Shown here: positions 17,685 to 26,686 of the stretch, piece after piece
Numbering within the stretch: position 1 is the first letter of the stretch
Layout of the letters: each line of letters starts with the position of its first letter
NCBI GenBank assembly: GCA_963662655.2
Contig: CAXXTU010000002.1
Coordinates: 352,001 to 416,000, forward strand
DNA length: 64,000 bases
Direction: 5' to 3'
Source of the DNA: Candidatus Cloacimonadales bacterium
Lineage (GTDB): Bacteria > Cloacimonadota > Cloacimonadia > Cloacimonadales > JAIOQZ01
Made by a program: the position numbers and the translations under genes
The notes under the pieces: model-generated
Told to the model about the DNA's origin: nothing
Database searches by the model: none
What the model saw: only the letters and a program-made list of their open reading frames with translations

Positions 17685-20033
17685 CTATTCGTACATCAGG
17701 GTTTTTGACGGATTCATCCGTGCGACCATGATCGATTGATACGCCACGGTGCTGAGGGCGATCAGGATCGACATGAGGCTTGCGAGGATGAAAATCCATA
17801 CGCTGATATCCGTATGGAAGGCGTAGTTCATGAGCCACTTTCGCATGGCGAGCCATGCAAGCGGAATGGCAATCACATTGCCGATGACGACCCAGCGAAT
17901 GAAGTCGAGTCCCAGGAGCACGATGACGTTTCCAATCGAAGCCCCAAGCGTCTTGCGAATGCCAATTTCCTTTGTCCTTTGCATGGTCATGAACGATGCA
18001 AGTCCGAAAAGACCCATGCACGAAATGACCACTGCAAGAATCGTGAAGGTAAGGAACAGCCATCCGATATTGATCGTCTGCCTGAAGTAGTAATTCAAGT
18101 GCTCGTCAAAATACATCATCTCGAACGGGTAATCGGGACTGATCTCGTTCCAGTGCTTCTCGATGCGTTCGATCGCATCTCCCTGGTCACCGGGACCAAG
18201 CCGAACAAAGAGCTTATTGAATGTTGTCGGATATCGCCAGAAGAGAGCCGGCTCGATCTCGTTGCCAAAACCGTGGAAGATGAAGTCTTCGCATACTCCG
18301 ACAACAGGCCCCTTCATGCCCCATAAAGTGATCTGCTGTCCGATGGGATTCTCGTACGGCATCAGCTTCGCCATGCTTTCATTGATAACGAAGTGAGCGT
18401 CTTCCACACCTTTTTCAAAAGGAATCTCCTCGCCCAACACCAATTTTATCCCAAACGTCTTGAAGTAATCGTAATCCGGGAACGCGGTATTGATCAAAAA
18501 CGTCTCATCGGGGGATTTACCCTCCCAATCGACACTGCTCGTGGATGATCCGATATTGGAAGGCGTTTCGCTTCCGCTCGATACTGCTACAACTCCTGGA
18601 TCGTCCTTGAGCTTGTCTCGCATGAGTTCCACAAGCTCTACCTTTCCGCGTGGAAGCTCAACGATGATTACGTTCTCCTTATCGTACCCCAGGTCCTTAT
18701 TCTGTAAATAGCGAGATTGATTGTAGATAACAAGCGTGGATATGATCAGTCCGATGGACAGGGCAAACTGGAGGACAACCAGCAGTTTGCGCAGGAATGA
18801 CTTGCTGGATCCGATGCGCGCCCCCTTGAGCGTTACCACGGGCCTGTACGAAGACAACGCGATCGCCGGATACAGGCCTGCAATGCCCCCGATGATAACG
18901 ATAAATCCGATTACAGCAGGGAAGAAGAGCGGATTCGAGAAGGGATTCTGCATCGAGAAACCGGAGCGCTGATTAAAGAAGAAGATAAGCATCGAAGTCA
19001 TCGCCAAGGCGAAGACCAGAGCGATGAGGACGGTTAGATACGATTCCACGTAAAATTGGGCGACTAGCTGTGCTTTTCGGGCCCCAGCCACTTTGCGCAG
19101 GCCTACCTCGCGTGCCCTGAGCGCAGATCTGGCCGTCGAAATGTTCATGAAGTTGATGCATGCAATGAGGATAATGAAGATCGCGATCACACCGAAAATA
19201 CGGATATATTGCATCTTCAGTTCGCTGCCATCCAGATTGTAAAGGGTCATGTCCCGCAGCGATTGCAGATGAAGCGTTACGACCGATCCCTCGTTGTTCT
19301 GTTTGACAACATCTCCGATGGCTTTCGAAACGTTCTCGGGGGATGCTCCGGGCTTGAGCAAGGCGTAAGTTCTGAAGCTGTTGTAAGCCCAATCTTCGAC
19401 CATTGCATTGGAAAAGTTTGTTACATCTGAAAAGGGGAAAATGAAGTCCACGTCGTACATCGCATCGTCAGGCTGCTCCGCAAACACTCCCGCGACCTGT
19501 GCCTCGTAATCCTTATTCACTTTAAATACCTTGTTCAGAGGATTCTCGTCACCGAAATACTTCCTGGCTGCCTTCTCCGAAATGACAACCGTGTTGGGCG
19601 CGGTCAGCGCTTGGACCTTCTGGCCTTGGATGAAGTTGAAGCTGAATATGTCGAAAAAAGTCGGCTGGGCGCAAATGATGTTGTTTTCCATGAAAACGAG
19701 ATCGTTATACTGCACGGGATATTTCTGCCATACATTGGAAAGTACCGCTGCTTTCTCGATATCGGGATTGATCTCTTGCAGTTTGCTCGCGAGAGGTCCG
19801 GGAGTCGCTGTGGTGTAGAATGTGTCGCGACCGTTGTAAGCTTGAGCTTCATATACCATGTAGATGCGGGAATAATTCTCGTTGAACGCGTCATGGTTCA
19901 ATGTCTGCCAGATCCATGATCCGATAATGATCGATATTGCAAGACCGAAAGACAATCCTAAAATATTGATCGCGGTGTAGAACTTGTACCGGAACAGATT
20001 GCGGACTGCGATCTTCAGGTAGTTTATAAACAT
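17685..20033 (-). CDS. MacB/FtsX-family ABC transporter permease (duplicated), no adjacent ATPase
   Basis: MFINYLKIAVRNL, IACINFMN..R.REVGLRK..GA and RTKEIGIRK.LGAS motifs. Confidence 0.93.
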   Translation of the reverse strand: MFINYLKIAVRNLFRYKFYTAINILGLSFGLAISIIIGSWIWQTLNHDAFNENYSRIYMVYEAQAYNGRDTFYTTATPGPLASKLQEINPDIEKAAVLSNVWQKYPVQYNDLVFMENNIICAQPTFFDIFSFNFIQGQKVQALTAPNTVVISEKAARKYFGDENPLNKVFKVNKDYEAQVAGVFAEQPDDAMYDVDFIFPFSDVTNFSNAMVEDWAYNSFRTYALLKPGASPENVSKAIGDVVKQNNEGSVVTLHLQSLRDMTLYNLDGSELKMQYIRIFGVIAIFIILIACINFMNISTARSALRAREVGLRKVAGARKAQLVAQFYVESYLTVLIALVFALAMTSMLIFFFNQRSGFSMQNPFSNPLFFPAVIGFIVIIGGIAGLYPAIALSSYRPVVTLKGARIGSSKSFLRKLLVVLQFALSIGLIISTLVIYNQSRYLQNKDLGYDKENVIIVELPRGKVELVELMRDKLKDDPGVVAVSSGSETPSNIGSSTSSVDWEGKSPDETFLINTAFPDYDYFKTFGIKLVLGEEIPFEKGVEDAHFVINESMAKLMPYENPIGQQITLWGMKGPVVGVCEDFIFHGFGNEIEPALFWRYPTTFNKLFVRLGPGDQGDAIERIEKHWNEISPDYPFEMMYFDEHLNYYFRQTINIGWLFLTFTILAVVISCMGLFGLASFMTMQRTKEIGIRKTLGASIGNVIVLLGLDFIRWVVIGNVIAIPLAWLAMRKWLMNYAFHTDISVWIFILASLMSILIALSTVAYQSIMVARMNPSKTLMYE

Positions 20034-20213
20034 AGCTACTGCCTTCTGTTTTTACCAAATTGATTCTGCGTTTCTCATTTTGTAAAGGAATATTTAAAGA
20101 GAACGGGTTGTAATCATACAATTCATCACGAGCATGAATTTTTTCCTATGCAATTAGCATCCGGCGTTTCATTATTGCCGGTAAATAGTACTCGCGGTGT
20201 GAACCGATAATAC

Positions 20214-20242
20214 TTGCTTGATCTCAGTCGGTAAGGTATAAT
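20214..20242 (+). promoter_or_regulatory. Sigma70 promoter of the ADH-kinase operon
   Basis: TTGCTT-17 nt-TATAAT. Confidence 0.6.
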
Positions 20243-20372
20243 ATAGTATATGCCTTACGGGCGAGGTGTGATTTCAATCCGTAGTTATCCGAAATGAATC
20301 AGTTGATGATGGTCACGCGAACGCTTGCATCGGAATGTTAAGCAAGTCCTTACGGAAACAAAGGGGGAGCCG

Positions 20373-21533
20373 ATGACAGACTTGTTGCAATTGAGAAAAT
20401 TCGTTGCACCCGAGATCATTTTTGGTGCGGGAGCCAGGAGACTTACCAGTCGTTACGCTCAACTGCTCAGCGCCTCGAAAGTGTTTGTCGTTACCGATAA
20501 AGGTGTGATGGATGCCGGTTGGGTGGACGAAATCCTGAGAGATTTCGAGAAAGACAACATCGATTATGAAATATTCTCCAACGTTTCGCCCAATCCTCGC
20601 GCAAAACAAGTTCTGGAAGGCGCAGCAGCTCTCGAAAAAGCCAGGTGCAACCTGATCGTTGCCATCGGTGGGGGAAGCCCCATGGACTGTGCCAAGGGGA
20701 TCGGCATCGTCTATTCGCATGGAAAGGATATCATCGATTTCGAAGGCGTTGACAAAATCAGAAAGCCGATTCCCCCTCTGATTTTCGTTCCCACGACAGC
20801 CGGTACTTCATCCGATGTTTCTCAGTTCACAATCATCAATCGCGAGGATGAGCAGCGGAAGATAGCGATCGTGAGCAAAGCGCTTGTGCCTGATGTTGCG
20901 CTGATCGATCCGGAAACGACAACGACCATGAATAACTATCTGACGGCCTGTACGGGTGTCGATGCGCTGGTCCACGCGATCGAGGCGTATGTATCGGTAG
21001 GTTGTGGGCCATTGACGGATAGCGACGCGCTGGAGGCGATCAAGCTGATCTGGAGACACCTGCCGGAGCTTCTCCACAACCCCGATAACGTGTTCCTGCG
21101 AGAGAAGGTTATGCTTGCAAGCATGAAAGCTGGGCTGGCGTTTTCGAATGCGGGACTGGGCGCAGTTCATGCGCTGGCGCATAGCCTGGGCGGTTTTCTC
21201 GACTTGCCCCACGGCGAGTGCAACGCGATGCTGCTGGACCATGTCGTTGATTTCAACTACATGCAGCGCCAGGTTCGTTACAGGAAGATAGCGAAAATGA
21301 TGGACATAGAAATAAATGATATGGACAGTCAGGAGATTCGGAAAAACCTGCTCTCGAGAATCAGATGGCTGAGGAAGGATGTCGGGATAACGGAAACCTT
21401 GGGATCGCGCGGAGTGAAGAAAGAGGACATACATGTGCTCTCGGAAAAGGCAGCGAAAGACCCCTGTATGCTGACGAATCCTCGCAAGGCAACTCTGAGC
21501 GAAATCGAATCGATATATAACGAAGCATATTAA
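20373..21533 (+). CDS. ercA: Iron-containing alcohol dehydrogenase-like regulatory protein (ErcA-like)
   Basis: LRKFVAPEIIFGAG N-terminus, GGGSPMD, DALVHAIE, HALAH, PHG; GGGGAG RBS before ATG 20373; precedes the kinase. Confidence 0.8.
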   Translation: MTDLLQLRKFVAPEIIFGAGARRLTSRYAQLLSASKVFVVTDKGVMDAGWVDEILRDFEKDNIDYEIFSNVSPNPRAKQVLEGAAALEKARCNLIVAIGGGSPMDCAKGIGIVYSHGKDIIDFEGVDKIRKPIPPLIFVPTTAGTSSDVSQFTIINREDEQRKIAIVSKALVPDVALIDPETTTTMNNYLTACTGVDALVHAIEAYVSVGCGPLTDSDALEAIKLIWRHLPELLHNPDNVFLREKVMLASMKAGLAFSNAGLGAVHALAHSLGGFLDLPHGECNAMLLDHVVDFNYMQRQVRYRKIAKMMDIEINDMDSQEIRKNLLSRIRWLRKDVGITETLGSRGVKKEDIHVLSEKAAKDPCMLTNPRKATLSEIESIYNEAY

Positions 21534-21553
21534 TGGTTTGATATGAGGTATCA

Positions 21554-24500
21554 ATGAGCAAACGCCAACATGACGATGATATGAAAACGGAAGAAAGAGA
21601 ACAGACGCAGAAACTGGAAGGATTACTTGGCCTCGGGCAATTCTCGGCGCACAAGAGCTATTATCCCGAACTTCAAAAGAAGATCGATGAGCTGGAGCGT
21701 GAGAAACACAAGTACAAACGGATTTTCACGGAAGCTCTCTATGGAATCTTCCAGACGGATCAAGACGGCAAGTTGATTATCGCCAATCCTGCTCTGGCAT
21801 TGATCTGCGGTTATGATTCACCCGAGGAGATGCTCGAAATGGGGGACATCTCAACGCAGTTATTCGTAGATGAGAAGGAAGCGCAGCGCTTCTTCAAGGA
21901 CGTGGCCGAAGAAGGTTCCCTTGAGTTATGGGAAACAGCGTTTCGCGATAAAAACGGTCGGGTTATCGACGTTTCGCTTAGCGCCTCCATCATTGATACG
22001 GGTGAGCAATCGGCAATTGAAGTGTTTGTTCAGGATATCTCCGAGAAGAAACAAGCCGAGAGAGAGCTTAGAAGAAGCGAAGAACGGCTTCGCACGACCC
22101 TTGATTCAATCGGGGACGCGGTTATCGCTACCGATACGGACGGACGTGTCATCCGAATGAATCCGGTTGCCGAGGAATTGACAGGCTGGCCGTTCACCGA
22201 AGCGAAGGGCCAGAGGCTCGAGGAAGTATTCAACATCGTCAATGCGAAAACCAGAGAATCTGTTGAAAACCCGGTCGTGCGGGTGATCCGTTCCGGCAGG
22301 ATCGTGGGGCTCGCCAATCATACGCTGCTGCTCTCAAGAGATGGAAGCGAGTATCAAATTGCGGATTCGGCTGCCCCGATACGAGATACGAACGGGGAAC
22401 TTCACGGTGTCGTGATGGTGTTCAGGGATGTTACCGAAGACTATCGACTGAGGGACCAGCTCGAGGCAAACGAGGCTTTTCTGAACGACGTGTTCAACAG
22501 CATTCAGGATGGTGTGAGCATTCTCGATAATGACATGAATATCATTCGGGTCAATAAAATGATGAACACCTGGTACAAAAAACATTTTCCTCTCGAAGGG
22601 AAGAAGTGCTACACGACCTATCACCACATCGACCAACCGTGTGAGGATTGCCCCTCGATTCGGTGCCGTGAGAGCGGGAAGACGGAAAGTAACGTTGTCC
22701 GGGGAATGCCGGGCTCAGAAATTGAATGGGTTGAGCTTTTCAGCTACCCGATAAAGGACAAGGAAACTGACCGGGTCGTTGGCGTCGTCGAGTTTGTACA
22801 CAATATAACAAATCAGAGACGGGCGGAAGATGAATTGAGCCGCATTTTCAAGATGTCTCTCGACATGATTTGCATCGCGGATCTGGACACGACGAATTTC
22901 CTGAAAATCAATCCGGCATTCACGAGAATTCTGGGCTACGATGAAAATGAATTGCTGAATCATCCATTTATCGAATTCATCCATCCAGACGATGTTCAAA
23001 CCACGCTGGAAACCATGGAGCAGAAGCTGAAATCAGGTGAGGATGTCGTCGATTTCAGTAACCGCTATCGCTGCAAGGACGGCTCTTATCGCATGCTTCG
23101 CTGGGTGTCTCACCCGGATATTGTTCGCGGGGTAATGTATGCCAGCGCCCACGATATAACCGATTTCATCGAGCGCCAGGAAGCAATCGAGAGGAGCGAA
23201 ACGAAGTTCAGAAGTATCATTGAATCCACGCCTTTGGGTATTCACCTGTTTTACCTCGACGACAAAGGGATTATCCGGTTCGAAGATTGCAATAGCGCAG
23301 CAAAGAAGATACTCGGTTTCGATCATGCCGACTTGATCGGGCTTCCTATCGATGAGGCTGTGCCGATGTTGAAGAAGAATCCTCTTATGGAGAAGTACTA
23401 TAGAACAATCACGGAAGGTGTTTCGATGGAATTCGAAAACGAGTTCATCGATTACAACCAGAAAAAACATATTTTCTCCGTCAACGCGTTCCAGACGGAA
23501 CCCTTGAAAATGGCCGTCGTTTTCCAGGATATCACGGAAAAGAAAAAAGCGGAGGCAGACCTCAGGGAAAGCGAAGATCGTTTCCGCTCGATCACCGAGC
23601 AAATAAGCGACATGATCTACCTAACAGATGAACGTGGAATCATCAAGTACGTGTCTCCCGCATCGGTGTTGATATTCAACATGGAGCCGGAAGAAATGAT
23701 CGGCCATCCGTTTACGGACTTCCTGGCTCCTGAATCGATTGAAGTAGCGGTGAGTTCGTTCAAGGAATCAATGTCCGGAGGAGTGTCTTCCGAAAATCTT
23801 GAATTGAACATGCGACGCAAGGGCGGAACCATTTTTCTCGGAGAACTGACTGGTAAGCTTTATCAGCATAGTGTTACGAAAGGTAATATCGGGGTAATCA
23901 GGGATATCAGCGATCGGAAAAAAGCGGAACAGAGCCTCCGGGAGAGTGAAGAGCTGTTCAGGACATTGTATAACAATTTACCGGGCGGAATGGTTCTCAT
24001 TGATGAAGATTACCGGATCGTGAACGTGAACAAGAGAACTTGTGAAATAACCGGTTATACAAGAGATGAGCTTGTCGGGCAGCTTTGCGATATCATTTGC
24101 CCCAAAGGCTCCATATCAAAGAAGTGCCCCATTTGGGAAGTCGGCCAGGAAGGCTTCGAGGGAATGGATACGTTCATCAAATGCAAGGATCAGACGTTCA
24201 ATCCGATACTTAAGAACGCCCGTAGAGTCATGGTGAACGGGAAAGAGCATATTCTGGAGGTATTCCAGGATATTCGCGAACAGAAGGAGATTGAGGGTGC
24301 GCTCCGCGAGAGCGAAACCCGCATGCGGAGTATCTTCAGGGCTGCTCCGGTGGGAATCGGAATCAGCTCCGAGAGAATTATTCAAACCGTGAACGATCGT
24401 TTTGAGGAAATAACCGGTTACACGAGGGCGGAGATTGTTGGGAAGAATACTCGGTTCCTGTATGCTTCGGAACATGACTACCGGAAGTCAAACGAAATGG

Positions 24501-26212
24501 GACAGGTTCTGATTCGGAGTGAAGGGATCGGAACCGTGGAAACCAGGTTCCTGCACAAGGATAACCGGATTATCGATGTATTGCTGGGCATTGCTCCGTT
24601 GAACCCGGAGAATCTATCGATGGGCGAAACGTTTACGATTCTCGATATCACCGACAGGAAAAAAGCTGAGGCGGAAATCCGGTTGCAAGCGCTCGTTCTC
24701 AGCCAGATCAGGGATTGTGTGACCGTAACGGACCTCACGGGGAAAATTACTTACGTGAACGAGGCGCAATCCAAAGAGATGGGGCGTCCCCGTGAAGACT
24801 TTATCGGCAGCTCTGTAAGGCAGTTCAGCGAGAACACGGAAAAGGGCATAAGCCAGGAAGAGATTATCAGCAAAACGCTGGAGGACGGAAACTGGGAAGG
24901 ACGGGTGTATAATTATAACTCCGATGGAAAAGAAGTGATCATGGATACAAGAACCCAGCTTGTGTACGACGAATCCGGCAAGAAGTTCGCGATGTGCGGT
25001 ATCGCAACGGATATTACGGAACGCCTGGAGCTGGAAAGAGAACGCGAGAAACTCCAGGAGCAATACTATCAGGCGATGAAACTGGAATCGATTGGTCGAC
25101 TTGCCGGTGGCGTTGCGCACGACTTGAACAACCTCCTGACTCCTGTGCTCGGGTACGGTGAATTGCTGATGCTGGAAGAGTTCCCGGATATTGAGACCCG
25201 CGAATCGGTTCGCCAGATCGTAAATGCTGCTACGCGAGCGAAGGATCTCGTTAGTCAGCTTCTTGCTTTCAGCCGGAAGCAAACATTGCGCTTCGAGCTT
25301 GTCGATGTGAACAGCCTCGTGAAGCGATTCGAGAAGCTATTGAGAATGACGATTCGCGAAGACATAAAGATGGATATCCAGCTGAGCGATCAAGCCTTGT
25401 TTGCGGAAGGGGATATCGGGCAACTGGAGCAGGTTGTCATGAACCTGGCGGTGAATGCGCAGGACGCGATGCCTCACGGTGGGCGCCTCAGTATTTCGAC
25501 GAGTCAGGTATCTCTGGAAGAACCGTATATTACGGCACATGAGCCGATTGACTCGGGGAAGTACATTGTGCTCTCAGTTTCCGATTCCGGGCATGGAATG
25601 GATAAGGAGACGCAGAAACAGATTTTCGAGCCGTTCTTCACGACGAAGAACAAGCACAAGGGAACCGGCCTTGGCCTCGCTACGGTGTATGGCATCGTGA
25701 AGCAGCACGAAGGCGGTATCATGGTGCGGAGCGAGATGGACAAAGGCACGACCTTCGAAGTTTACCTGCCTCTGGCAAGGGGATCGGTCGAAATATTGGA
25801 AGACGATTCTTCCCCGGCAAGTCATTCGTTTGGAGGAGCGGAGACCATTTTGCTCGTGGAAGACGACGAACAGGTGTTGAAGCTGGCGGAATCCATCCTG
25901 AAGCACCACGGTTACATCGTGATCAAGGCCTCGAATGGCGTAAAAGCGCTGGAGAAGCTCAGCATGATCGAGAACAAGATCGATTTGCTGGTGACCGATG
26001 TCGTTATGCCCGAGATGAACGGGAAACAGCTTTACGACGAAGTAATCGAAAGAATACCGGATATCAGGGTGCTGTTCATGTCCGGCTACACGGACGATGT
26101 GATTGCCACCAGGGGCATTCTGGATTCGGGGCTCCACTACATCCAGAAACCATTTACCGTACAGTCGCTCGCGGCACGGGTCCGCGAAGCTCTGGATGAG
26201 CATTCGGAATAG
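21554..26212 (+). CDS. Cytoplasmic hybrid histidine kinase: about 9 PAS domains-HisKA-HATPase-REC, ErcS-like N-terminus
   Basis: LLGLG..S.HKSYYPEL leader; AHDLNN H-box; NA.DAM, DSG.GM, FFTTK, GTGLGL; receiver LLVEDD...DVVMP...KPF. Confidence 0.93.
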   Translation: MSKRQHDDDMKTEEREQTQKLEGLLGLGQFSAHKSYYPELQKKIDELEREKHKYKRIFTEALYGIFQTDQDGKLIIANPALALICGYDSPEEMLEMGDISTQLFVDEKEAQRFFKDVAEEGSLELWETAFRDKNGRVIDVSLSASIIDTGEQSAIEVFVQDISEKKQAERELRRSEERLRTTLDSIGDAVIATDTDGRVIRMNPVAEELTGWPFTEAKGQRLEEVFNIVNAKTRESVENPVVRVIRSGRIVGLANHTLLLSRDGSEYQIADSAAPIRDTNGELHGVVMVFRDVTEDYRLRDQLEANEAFLNDVFNSIQDGVSILDNDMNIIRVNKMMNTWYKKHFPLEGKKCYTTYHHIDQPCEDCPSIRCRESGKTESNVVRGMPGSEIEWVELFSYPIKDKETDRVVGVVEFVHNITNQRRAEDELSRIFKMSLDMICIADLDTTNFLKINPAFTRILGYDENELLNHPFIEFIHPDDVQTTLETMEQKLKSGEDVVDFSNRYRCKDGSYRMLRWVSHPDIVRGVMYASAHDITDFIERQEAIERSETKFRSIIESTPLGIHLFYLDDKGIIRFEDCNSAAKKILGFDHADLIGLPIDEAVPMLKKNPLMEKYYRTITEGVSMEFENEFIDYNQKKHIFSVNAFQTEPLKMAVVFQDITEKKKAEADLRESEDRFRSITEQISDMIYLTDERGIIKYVSPASVLIFNMEPEEMIGHPFTDFLAPESIEVAVSSFKESMSGGVSSENLELNMRRKGGTIFLGELTGKLYQHSVTKGNIGVIRDISDRKKAEQSLRESEELFRTLYNNLPGGMVLIDEDYRIVNVNKRTCEITGYTRDELVGQLCDIICPKGSISKKCPIWEVGQEGFEGMDTFIKCKDQTFNPILKNARRVMVNGKEHILEVFQDIREQKEIEGALRESETRMRSIFRAAPVGIGISSERIIQTVNDRFEEITGYTRAEIVGKNTRFLYASEHDYRKSNEMGQVLIRSEGIGTVETRFLHKDNRIIDVLLGIAPLNPENLSMGETFTILDITDRKKAEAEIRLQALVLSQIRDCVTVTDLTGKITYVNEAQSKEMGRPREDFIGSSVRQFSENTEKGISQEEIISKTLEDGNWEGRVYNYNSDGKEVIMDTRTQLVYDESGKKFAMCGIATDITERLELEREREKLQEQYYQAMKLESIGRLAGGVAHDLNNLLTPVLGYGELLMLEEFPDIETRESVRQIVNAATRAKDLVSQLLAFSRKQTLRFELVDVNSLVKRFEKLLRMTIREDIKMDIQLSDQALFAEGDIGQLEQVVMNLAVNAQDAMPHGGRLSISTSQVSLEEPYITAHEPIDSGKYIVLSVSDSGHGMDKETQKQIFEPFFTTKNKHKGTGLGLATVYGIVKQHEGGIMVRSEMDKGTTFEVYLPLARGSVEILEDDSSPASHSFGGAETILLVEDDEQVLKLAESILKHHGYIVIKASNGVKALEKLSMIENKIDLLVTDVVMPEMNGKQLYDEVIERIPDIRVLFMSGYTDDVIATRGILDSGLHYIQKPFTVQSLAARVREALDEHSE

Positions 26213-26288
26213 GAAATTTGTCAGGGATCGTTTTGCTCGGTTCTCCTCTGAAGATGCGGGTGAGTAGTTAGAAATTTCTCACGCGAAC

Positions 26289-26550
26289 ATAATCGTTTGG
26301 TCCTTCGACTCAATGAGAGATACGTGTTTTCTTCGCAAAACACACAGCATCAGGGTGACAAACGATTATTACAAAGATAGTTATCACCTGTTTCCCTTCG
26401 GGTCCCTTCAGTTGTAGGTTTAAGAAACAAGGAACCTGGATTCCACACAGTGACACTAATGTTTTACAACCGTTTGGGATGATTTAAATTATCCTCCGTG
26501 TCACCCTGAGTTCCGCGAAGCGGTGCATCGAAGGATACACGGTTGAAAAC
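26289..26550. repeat. Inverted pair of REP-like hairpin elements
   Basis: TCCTTCGA(26301)...TCAGGGTGACA(26350) mirrored by TGTCACCCTGA(26499)...TCGAAGGA(26528); 11-bp stem 26289-26299/26359-26369. Confidence 0.65.
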
Positions 26551-26686
26551 GACGCGGAATTATCATCTTCAGTAAATCGGACAAGCCAATTTACGGAAAG
26601 TTCATGTTGACAACCTTGCGCGCACCATTTGGATGATATCGATAATGATTATCAACAAGGATATTGAATAGATTTCAGGGGAATAA

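Noticed and set aside
20250..20320. Fluoride riboswitch-like GTTGATGATG in the ADH leader
   Set aside because: The required 5' GGNGATG stem and pseudoknot partner are absent.
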